From contig JAUWKS010000081.1 of the NCBI GenBank assembly GCA_030614005.1, positions 1 to 13,299 of the forward strand: 13,299 bases of DNA, given 5' to 3'. A model generated the notes under the pieces. The model was given only the letters and a program-made list of their open reading frames with translations, did no database searches and was not told where the DNA came from. Of the stretch, positions 6,458 through 13,299 are shown piece by piece. How positions within the stretch are numbered: the stretch's first letter is position 1; each line of letters opens with the position of its first letter. A program made the position numbers and the translations under genes. The DNA comes from Candidatus Heimdallarchaeota archaeon. GTDB lineage: Archaea; Asgardarchaeota; Heimdallarchaeia; JABLTI01.

Positions 6458-8284
6458 ATGACTCATAAGTTAAATGAAATAATTGTAGTATTAGTTATAT
6501 CTATACTGATTTCTCCATTAGTAGCATATGCTTTTGTTGATGATGAAGCACTTGTAGTTCATCCAAATGCCGTAACATTTTCAAAATCATGGGATTTTAC
6601 TACTGGTGGTATGGTAGCTGGTTCTCCAGCAGTTGTCGATCTTGATAAAGATGGAACTTGTGAAATAATCATTGGTTCCCAAGATTCTAATGTTTATTGT
6701 CTTAGTCACACTGGAACGCAAGAATGGTCTTTTTTAGCCGGACATCCAATAGGCTCCTCACCAACAATAGCTGATCTTGATGATGATGGTACTTTGGAAA
6801 TTCTAATTACAAGTATGGGAAACAAAACTATTTGTATCAGTCACACAGGAACGCAAGAGTGGACTTATACAGCTGGTGGAATGATTGTTGGTTCAGTTTC
6901 TGTTGGTGATTTAGATGCTGATGGAACGCTTGAAATACTCTTTGGTACTTGGGACAACAAGACCTACTGTTTAGATCATGAAGGTAATTATGAATGGGAC
7001 TATGAAACAGATGGACAGATAATGGTTGTTCCCTCAATTGCAGATCTAGATGGTGATGGAACATTAGAAGTTATAGTATGTACAGCAGCTAATACCACTT
7101 ATTGTCTAAGTCATACAGGTACTGTAGAATGGTCCCATACTGTAGATAATTCAATTTTTGGCTCTGCTGTAATAGCTGATCTTGACAATGATGATGATTT
7201 AGAAATCATTTTTACTACTGTAGGTTTCAAGGTCTATTGTCTAAACCATATTGGTGGATTTGAATGGAGCTATGTAACTGGAGGTGTAATACAAGGTTCA
7301 GCGGCAGTTGCTGATCTTGATGATGATAACACTCTCGAGGTTCTTATTGGAGCATCTGATGGTTATTTGTATTGTTTAAGTCACACAGGTACAAAAGAAT
7401 GGGATTACACTGGAGGTGAAATGATTTTTGGTTCTTCCTCAATTGCTGACTTGGATGGTGATAATACTTTAGAAATTCTCTACGCTGATGGAGATTACTC
7501 AAATTCAGGTACTCTCTATTGTCTAAGCCATACTGGAACATTGGAAACTTCTTTTTCAATGGGTGACATAGTATTTTGTCCTCCAACAATTTGTGACATA
7601 GATAATGATGGAATAATGGAATTGACATTTGGTAGCTATGATTTCAATGTTTATTGTTTAGAAGTGACTGGTGTTACAGCATCTGGTGATGCTCCATGGT
7701 ATACTTATCAAGGTTCATATTTCAGAACTGGTTGTATGGATTCTGATAGTGACTTCATTGATGACACTACAGAGGCATTCTATGGTACTAATCCTGATGT
7801 AGCTGATACAGACTCTGATGATATTATTGATGGTGATGAAGTATTACTCTATGGAACTGATCCAACAGTTGCAGATACAGATGCAGATGGTCTCACAGAT
7901 GGCGAGGAAATAAACACCTATGATACCGATCCTACTGATGCTGACACAGACGGAGACACTTTAACAGATGGTGATGAAGTGAATGATTATTTCACCGATC
8001 CTTTGGTTGCAGATGCTAATCTTGATACAGACGACGATGGTTTAACAAATGTTGAAGAAGTAGATACCTATGGAACAGATCCCAAAGACAATGACACAGA
8101 TGGTGATGGGTATTCTGATGGAGACGAAGTTGGTAATGAAACCGATCCTCTAGATCCCGATGATTATCCTACTACTAAAGGTACCCCAGGTTGGTTATCA
8201 ACAGCTATGGGTTTTGGAGATCTTGTATTAATCGCTATCACAATTGTAACAATTGTTAGACATAAGAAGAAGAAGAAACATTAG
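6458..8284 (+). CDS. Cell-surface FG-GAP/VCBS-type beta-propeller (8 DxDxDG blades) + six TSP3-like Ca-binding repeats + C-terminal membrane anchor
   Basis: Signal peptide ending LVAYA. Eight (I/V)xDLDxDG/NxLE(I/V) motifs with a 135-nt period. Six DTDxDGxxDGxE...TDP units (about 7739-8166). Ends TPGW + hydrophobic helix + RHKKKKKH. Confidence 0.9.
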   Translation: MTHKLNEIIVVLVISILISPLVAYAFVDDEALVVHPNAVTFSKSWDFTTGGMVAGSPAVVDLDKDGTCEIIIGSQDSNVYCLSHTGTQEWSFLAGHPIGSSPTIADLDDDGTLEILITSMGNKTICISHTGTQEWTYTAGGMIVGSVSVGDLDADGTLEILFGTWDNKTYCLDHEGNYEWDYETDGQIMVVPSIADLDGDGTLEVIVCTAANTTYCLSHTGTVEWSHTVDNSIFGSAVIADLDNDDDLEIIFTTVGFKVYCLNHIGGFEWSYVTGGVIQGSAAVADLDDDNTLEVLIGASDGYLYCLSHTGTKEWDYTGGEMIFGSSSIADLDGDNTLEILYADGDYSNSGTLYCLSHTGTLETSFSMGDIVFCPPTICDIDNDGIMELTFGSYDFNVYCLEVTGVTASGDAPWYTYQGSYFRTGCMDSDSDFIDDTTEAFYGTNPDVADTDSDDIIDGDEVLLYGTDPTVADTDADGLTDGEEINTYDTDPTDADTDGDTLTDGDEVNDYFTDPLVADANLDTDDDGLTNVEEVDTYGTDPKDNDTDGDGYSDGDEVGNETDPLDPDDYPTTKGTPGWLSTAMGFGDLVLIAITIVTIVRHKKKKKH

Positions 8285-8310
8285 AAAAAAAGCAATTTGA
8301 ATTTCATTGG

Positions 8311-8365
8311 TGATACACTATTTTTTGTTAGTGTATTCATCTTTATTTTTTTTCTCTTTTTTTTT
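8311..8365 (+). terminator. Hairpin plus oligo-T terminator after the FG-GAP gene
   Basis: ATACACTA (8313-8320) pairs with TAGTGTAT (8329-8336), followed by T-rich 8342-8365. Confidence 0.55.
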
Positions 8366-8399
8366 ATCCCTACATTCTCGAATGAGACTAGGGTTACTT
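8358..8399 (+). repeat. Copy 2 of the 42-bp bipartite intergenic element
   Basis: TTTTTTTTATCCCTACA-ttctcgaa-TGAGACTAGGGTTACTT. The three differences from copy 1 in the right arm are all A/G transitions. Confidence 0.75.
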
Positions 8400-8473
8400 G
8401 ATATAAGCAAAATTTGTTTGAGACTTTTATAATGACGTTATTAGCAAGCAAATTATCATTAAATGAAATTCAT

Positions 8474-8627
8474 TCAATATTTATTTCGTAATTCGGGAAT
8501 AACTTCTTGAGCTATCTTTTCGAACATTGGAATTTCTTTCTTAACAACTGGATATGGTATAATAATTTCATTAAATCCAATTTTAGTATATTTTTTCTTT
8601 CTTAAGTCCACCTATGATTAGTAGAGG
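8474..8627 (-). pseudogene. 3' remnant of an LLM-class (luciferase-like) flavin/F420 oxidoreductase gene
   Basis: 8593->8474 reads KYTKIGFNEIIIPYPVVKKEIPMFEKIAQEVIPELRNKY*, resembling the LLM C-terminal 'FExxAxEVxPxLR' helix. PLLIIGG (8627-8607) in another frame resembles the LLM PPxxIGG motif (tentative). Confidence 0.5.
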
Positions 8628-9221
8628 TTAGTGTTCTCTAGCATATCTCCAAAGATAGAGAGAGGCATATGATCGATAAGGTTTCCACCGAATGGAGAAC
8701 TGCTCTAATTCTTTAGCTGAAGGAAGTTCATCAAAACCATAAATCAACATAATTGCTCTTCTTAAGCCCAAGTCATCAGGAGCAAAAATATCTTTTCGAG
8801 CAAGAGAGAAAATCAAGAACATTTGAGCAGTCCAACGACCAATACCTTTTGTTTGTATTAATTCTGTAATAATCTCTTCATCATTCATTTGATCAAATTT
8901 CTCCGGTGAGATAGATTTATCAATAAATTTCTCAGAGAGATTATCACAATAAGCTCTTTTTTGTTTAGAGATACCTGCCATTTGCAAATCAACCTCGTTA
9001 AGCTTTCTATGTTCTGTAGGAGTAATTTTACCCTTGGGAAAGAGCTTCTTGTATTTCTCAAAAATTGTTTTTGCTGCCTTCCAGCTTATCTGCTGGAAAA
9101 TGATTGCTTCTATTAATGATTCAAAATAGTCTTTATTTTTAGTAAGCTCAATTTCACCATCTTTTTCAATAATTTGTTTTAATGCTTTATCTTTCTTTAG
9201 AAATTCAATAGCACTATTCAT
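8628..9221 (-). CDS. alkA: DNA-3-methyladenine glycosylase II (AlkA family, HhH-GPD)
   Basis: LIEAIIFQQISWKAA, HhH motif KGIGRWTAQMFLIF, FAPDDLGLRRA, WKPYRSYASLYLW. Confidence 0.92.
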   Translation of the reverse strand: MNSAIEFLKKDKALKQIIEKDGEIELTKNKDYFESLIEAIIFQQISWKAAKTIFEKYKKLFPKGKITPTEHRKLNEVDLQMAGISKQKRAYCDNLSEKFIDKSISPEKFDQMNDEEIITELIQTKGIGRWTAQMFLIFSLARKDIFAPDDLGLRRAIMLIYGFDELPSAKELEQFSIRWKPYRSYASLYLWRYAREH

Positions 9222-9367
9222 TTTGAGTTTTATAGAACATAAGGAATAAAAAACTTGTTAAAATAAAATGTTAATTTAAACCATGTATTGATTAAGGGGG
9301 TCAATATTGTCGACCAAAATCTTATATTCATTAAATAGATTATATGAGTAAAATTTGAGGACTTATT

Positions 9368-9715
9368 ATGACAAATATAATACTTAGAATCATTTGGGTG
9401 ATCTTTATAGGTTCTTGGTTAATGCCTCTCTTCTATTTGTTTGGTTTTCTATTCATGGCTTTAATTATTACTGCTCCTATAGGACTTTGGTTCTTTAATA
9501 GAATTGGTTACGCCTTTTCACTTTATGAAGATCCACAAAAGAAGGAAGTAACTTTCTCACGTTCAGTCGGTGGATTACTTTGGTTCTACTTTATTGGTTG
9601 GTGGGCTGGGCTTCTTGTCGTTAGCCTTGCAGAAGTTTGTACTGCATCATTAATTGGTATACCACTAGGTTGGTGGTTAATTAATAGGTTAGATAAAGTA
9701 GTAATTCTTAGCTAA
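9368..9715 (+). CDS. yccF: YccF-domain inner membrane protein
   Basis: Two internal repeats (IIWVIFIGSWL...IITAPIGLWFFN and LLWFYFIGWWA...LIGIPLGWWLIN). GAGGA RBS upstream. Confidence 0.75.
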   Translation: MTNIILRIIWVIFIGSWLMPLFYLFGFLFMALIITAPIGLWFFNRIGYAFSLYEDPQKKEVTFSRSVGGLLWFYFIGWWAGLLVVSLAEVCTASLIGIPLGWWLINRLDKVVILS

Positions 9716-9733
9716 TTTTTCCTATTAATCTCC

Positions 9734-9741
9734 TTTTTTTT
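9734..9741 (+). terminator. Oligo-T terminator between convergent genes
   Basis: T8 run 19 nt after the yccF-like stop, within a pyrimidine-rich tract. Confidence 0.4.
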
Positions 9742-9829
9742 CTGATTCCTATTTTTCTAGCTCCTTTCTCTCAATCCTTATCAAATTTCTTCTATAATAA
9801 TATTCTAAATTACATCCATTAAAGGGAAA

Positions 9830-10861
9830 TCAGTTGACATCAACAAAAATTTTCATGAATTTATCTTTCATTTCTGATATGTACTGATAGGCTTTAGCAT
9901 AATCATCGAATTTGAAATGCTTGGTCATTAATGGTTCTAGTTGGATCTTTCCAGAATGGACTAGTTCGATGGCTTTGAGATATTCTTTAGTTTGATACAT
10001 GAGCATACCAATAAGTCGTAATTCATTATTTTGTACTGCAGCTAAGTCTATGGTTGGATTTTCACCAAAGACTCCTACAATAATAATATCTGTGCCTTTT
10101 CTAGCATTCTGTATTGCATCATCAATTGTTTGCTGAATACCAACACATTCGATAATTACATCTGCTTTATCAGGACCAAAAGCTTTCACAATCTCTTCAG
10201 ATAAATTTTGTTTTGAGGGGTTGATTGTATGATCAATACCTACTTTTTTTGCTAGTTCTAATCGATAATCACTCACATCGGTTATTAATACCGATTTAGC
10301 TCCTAGAGCTTTTGCTGTTTGTGCAGTGAGATTACCAATCGGTCCTGCCCCTAAAACAATGATATTTAATCCGTTCAGATCACCTGCTTTAGTAAAAACT
10401 CCACAAGCAACAGCCATGGGTTCGATCATTGCTCCTTGCTCATAGGACATATCATCCGGTAATTTAAGAACGCGCTTTGCATCTGTTACAAAGAATTCAG
10501 AAGCCATTCCGGTAGTTTGAAACCCCATAACTTTCAAGTTATCACAAATATGGTACTTGCCATGTGAACACGAATAACATTCTCCGCAAACAACTTGAGG
10601 TTGAATAGTGACTTTATCACCTGGTTTGAACTTTGCTACTTTACTTCCCACCTTTTCAATCACACCTGAAACTTCATGCCCTTGAGTAACAGGATAGGGA
10701 GTGTAAGGATGGGTTCCATAATACACATGAATGTCACTTCCACAAATCCCGAGACGCATTATTTTAATCAAAACACTCTTTTCCTCTAATTCAGGAACTG
10801 GAACCTCTTGGAATTCAATTTTACCTGGGTCAACCAATATTTGTTGCTTCATTGCTTTCAC
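9830..10861 (-). CDS. Zinc-dependent medium-chain alcohol/sugar-alcohol dehydrogenase (MDR, threonine/sorbitol dehydrogenase-like)
   Basis: GICGSDIH, GHE, structural-Zn CGECYSCSHGKYHIC, Rossmann GAGPIG. Start is GTG 10861 or ATG 10852. Substrate cannot be assigned from sequence. Confidence 0.93.
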   Translation of the reverse strand: MKAMKQQILVDPGKIEFQEVPVPELEEKSVLIKIMRLGICGSDIHVYYGTHPYTPYPVTQGHEVSGVIEKVGSKVAKFKPGDKVTIQPQVVCGECYSCSHGKYHICDNLKVMGFQTTGMASEFFVTDAKRVLKLPDDMSYEQGAMIEPMAVACGVFTKAGDLNGLNIIVLGAGPIGNLTAQTAKALGAKSVLITDVSDYRLELAKKVGIDHTINPSKQNLSEEIVKAFGPDKADVIIECVGIQQTIDDAIQNARKGTDIIIVGVFGENPTIDLAAVQNNELRLIGMLMYQTKEYLKAIELVHSGKIQLEPLMTKHFKFDDYAKAYQYISEMKDKFMKIFVDVN

Positions 10862-11005
10862 TTTTCAGATATGATTTCATTAATAAAATTCTATTGCTTT
10901 TTAATCTCAATTTATCATCAAGCATTTCCTTCTCGAAATGGACTTCTAGCCCTTCATGAAGAAATGGTATGAAATACTGGATTGGGACTTGTGACCAATA
11001 AATCG

Positions 11006-11674
11006 TCATTTCTCATCTTTAAGAAACCATGAGTAGCTAGCTGACTCCTCTTGCTCAAATGATAATTCATCAAGTAAATGCGTAGCTTCTTTATCTTTCT
11101 TAGATAATGGAATGATTGGCAATTGTTTTTTCTTTTTATAGCGTATGTAGAAGAAACTACAAAGTCCAAGAATGGTTATAACTCCTCCTAAAATAGGTCC
11201 AATAATAACCCACGGATTTAATCCTTCTGCAATTACTTCAAAATTATAAGTTAGATTAATAGCAAGCAAATCATCATCAATATTATAGAACACAATAACC
11301 CAAAGAGCTTTTTTTGGAACAGTAAAAGTACCGGAATACATATATTCCCCAGAAGAGAGGACTTCTTTTTCACCTAAAACAGGACTTACTTCAAATTTCT
11401 GAAATTCTTCAAATGTCATTGCATAAACCAGCAAATCAACATTAGGATTACTTCCAATGAATTGCCAGTTGATTAATGAGTCAGCTCTAATTACTACGCT
11501 TGAATTGATAGAAATATAATCTCCATAGAGGAGATATTCTTTAAAATTAGTTTTATAATCAGAATTTGTATTAGCAGTTTTACTTTGGACTAGAAAACAA
11601 CAAGAAAAAGATAAAAAAGTAATTAAAGCAATGGAAACAACTACAATTTTCATTGAAAGATTAGTTTTTATCAT
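11006..11674 (-). CDS. Type I membrane protein with a small extracellular beta-sandwich (GOLD-like) domain
   Basis: GGTGA at 11687-11683 lies 8 nt before ATG 11674, so the track's GTG start is probably the RBS. Signal/TM1, beta-rich INWQFIGSN..VDLLVYAM..SGTFTVP..WVIVFYN, then TM WVIIGPILGGVITILGLCSFFY + KKKK and a cytoplasmic tail. Confidence 0.8.
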   Translation of the reverse strand: MIKTNLSMKIVVVSIALITFLSFSCCFLVQSKTANTNSDYKTNFKEYLLYGDYISINSSVVIRADSLINWQFIGSNPNVDLLVYAMTFEEFQKFEVSPVLGEKEVLSSGEYMYSGTFTVPKKALWVIVFYNIDDDLLAINLTYNFEVIAEGLNPWVIIGPILGGVITILGLCSFFYIRYKKKKQLPIIPLSKKDKEATHLLDELSFEQEESASYSWFLKDEK

Positions 11675-11893
11675 TTGGAAACTCACCTTTTCTGAGAAAC
11701 AAGCTTTGATTTACTCTGTAATTTAAATATTTTATGGATAAAAATTTCCTAATAAAGCTTGGAACTCGTTTTATATTTTACTGAAAATCAATAGAATGGG
11801 ATCACTAAAAAAAGAACAAGAGTAACCTTTATTCAATAGTAAGAATAATTAGCATTTATTATTAGATTGAAAATAATATAGGAGAAAATAAAA

Positions 11894-12853
11894 TTGGCTT
11901 TTGGTTTAATTGATTGGGCATTTAAGAGTGCAAAAATAAACGTACTAAATAAAAAAGCAATTAAATTTGCAGAAAAAAAAGAATTTGAGAAAGCGATTGT
12001 TACTTTTCTAAAGGTAATCGATAAAATGCCTGATCATGCAATTACTTGGCAAAATCTTGGTACTGCTTATTATGAATCGAAAAATTATGAAAAGGCTGCA
12101 GAAAGTTTCAGAACAGCATTTCAAATGGATTCATCTTTAGTTGCGGCAGGATTTAATTGGGCTACTTCATTAATTGCCATTGGTAACAATTCTGAAGCAA
12201 TAACAGCTCTAGAATCTGCATTAAAGGAAGAACCTGATGCAATTCAAGGAAGACTTGAATTGGCTAAATTATTCTGGCACGAAGGAAAGCATCAAAAAGC
12301 AATAGATAATTTCCTTATAGTTTTACAAAAAGATGAACAAAACATTGATGCTATAAAAGGTGCTGCTGAAGCTTATCTTAGGACAAATCAAAGAACCAAA
12401 GCGATAAAATATTTCGAAAAAGCGCTAGAAGTTGACCCTGAGGATACTTATTCATTATTTAAATTAGGTTGTTTATTCGCTGATAACAAGAAATTCGATC
12501 TTGGGCGAGAGAAACTAAAAAAGGCTCTAAAAATAGATCCCAATTTTCACGATCCTCGATTTATGCTTGCTAAGATTGATATTTTAACTGGAAAATATCC
12601 AGAAGCAATAAAAAACCTTGAACAATTGAATAAAAGTTATCCAAATAATTGGGAAATATTATTCTTTTTAGGACAAGCAGTAGGCAATAGTGGAGATCTC
12701 AAAAAAGCAATAACTCTTCTTGACCAAGTAGTAAAACTTCAACCTAATTTAGCCGATGCGTGGAAATTCTTGGCAATCTGCCATAATAAATTAGGAAACA
12801 AAGATAAAGCTGCAACGTATGAAACAAAGTATAGAGCTATGGTAAAACAATAA
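11894..12853 (+). CDS. Tetratricopeptide repeat protein (nine 34-aa TPRs, no other domain)
   Basis: Regular 34-aa units ending DP/EP (AITWQNLGTAYYESKNYEKAAESFRTAFQMD, YFEKALEVDPED, LKKALKIDPNF). TTG start with GGAG upstream. Confidence 0.93.
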   Translation: MAFGLIDWAFKSAKINVLNKKAIKFAEKKEFEKAIVTFLKVIDKMPDHAITWQNLGTAYYESKNYEKAAESFRTAFQMDSSLVAAGFNWATSLIAIGNNSEAITALESALKEEPDAIQGRLELAKLFWHEGKHQKAIDNFLIVLQKDEQNIDAIKGAAEAYLRTNQRTKAIKYFEKALEVDPEDTYSLFKLGCLFADNKKFDLGREKLKKALKIDPNFHDPRFMLAKIDILTGKYPEAIKNLEQLNKSYPNNWEILFFLGQAVGNSGDLKKAITLLDQVVKLQPNLADAWKFLAICHNKLGNKDKAATYETKYRAMVKQ

Positions 12854-12866
12854 CTCTTCTCCATAC

Positions 12867-12880
12867 TTTTTTCTTTTTTT
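12867..12880 (+). terminator. Oligo-T terminator after the TPR gene
   Basis: TTTTTTCTTTTTTT 13 nt after the stop. Confidence 0.5.
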
Positions 12881-12889
12881 ATATTTCTG

Positions 12890-13080
12890 GGTGGAGTTTC
12901 AGACAATAGAGAGACTACTCAATCCGGAGAAACCACAAGAATATCAAAAAGCAATTCCTTTATCCTTTCATCTTTAGAATACATAAGTTGTATTCAATCT
13001 TAATTTCTTTGATTTTATTGCTGAAAAGTGATTTGAAATTTGGTTCTATCTCTTCAAACTCAACTACCAGAAAACTTTTT
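12890..13080 (-). pseudogene. Possible decayed minimal nucleotidyltransferase (MNT-like) fragment
   Basis: FLVVEFEEIEPNFKSLFSNKIKEIKIEYNL, then in another frame YSKDERIKELLFDILVVSPD*VVSLL. Resembles the DxLVV and DIxVxxPxE strands of MNT proteins, but no GSxxxG motif is visible. Confidence 0.2.
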
Positions 13081-13121
13081 TTTAGTAATCAGTATAATTA
13101 AAATTACAGTAAAAATAGAAG

Positions 13122-13299
13122 ATGATGAATATGGGTGAAAGCAACTTTAAACGCCAAGAAGGTAATTTTGTTAATATAAATGATTTGAAAATGTTTTATG
13201 AAGAATATGGGACTGGTTATCCTTTAATTCTAATACATGGCGGTATAAGCTCTATTCAAATGTGGGAAAAACAACTGTCAGATTTCTCAAAGCATTTCA
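13122..13299 (+). CDS. Alpha/beta-fold hydrolase, N-terminal part (runs off the window; not in the ORF track)
   Basis: MMNMGESNFKRQEGNFVNINDLKMFYEEYGTGYPLILIHGGISSIQMWEKQLSDFSKHF contains the classic YxxxGxGxPLxLIHG oxyanion-loop motif. Start at 13122, 13125 or 13131. Confidence 0.88.
   Translation, partial: MMNMGESNFKRQEGNFVNINDLKMFYEEYGTGYPLILIHGGISSIQMWEKQLSDFSKHF

Noticed and set aside
6698-7531. Repeated CxxH as heme-binding sites
   Set aside because: c-type heme attachment needs CxxCH, and the second Cys is absent.
3788-7628. Track ORFs 3788..3973, 4509..4691, 5063..5278, 5325..5627, 6837..7064 and 7344..7628 (minus strand)
   Set aside because: Antisense shadows of well-supported + strand genes, with no motifs. 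The His/Gln-rich ones merely mirror GAT/GGT codon repeats.
6690-8170. Periodic DNA repeats (135 nt and about 69 nt) as a possible CRISPR or non-coding array
   Set aside because: They are in-frame protein repeats with synonymous divergence and no repeat-spacer structure.
9299-9315. Palindrome CAATATTG with GGTC/GACC in the alkA-yccF divergent spacer
   Set aside because: Short and AT-rich, single occurrence, no regulator gene nearby.
10954-11169. 71-aa minus-strand track ORF
   Set aside because: Alternative frame overlapping the 3' part of the membrane protein gene, with no RBS or motif.

Overview
AT-rich (about 30% GC by eye) prokaryotic window. TTG/GTG starts, GGAG/GGTGA ribosome-binding sites, BRE-TATA-like promoters, oligo-T terminators and membrane-anchored LVIVD/FG-GAP beta-propellers with Lys-rich tails point to an archaeon, plausibly Asgard/Heimdallarchaeia (inference). 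Left to right: a GC-rich structured fragment at the edge; a SAMHD1/YwfO-like HD dNTPase whose YwgA-like winged-helix C-terminal domain is split off by a 1-nt frameshift; an LVIVD surface protein; a small unannotated ORF; a winged-helix + PD-(D/E)xK nuclease; a decayed WD40 relic; an 8-blade FG-GAP + TSP3-like Ca-binding surface protein; an LLM-oxidoreductase relic; an AlkA-type glycosylase; a YccF membrane protein; a Zn-dependent dehydrogenase; a GOLD-like membrane protein; a 9-repeat TPR protein; and a truncated alpha/beta hydrolase. A 42-bp bipartite element occurs twice in direct orientation (4931-4972, 8358-8399) and brackets the nuclease/WD40-relic/adhesin block. No CRISPR array, tRNA, rRNA or transposase is evident. 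All family assignments come from motif recognition and recall, not database searches.
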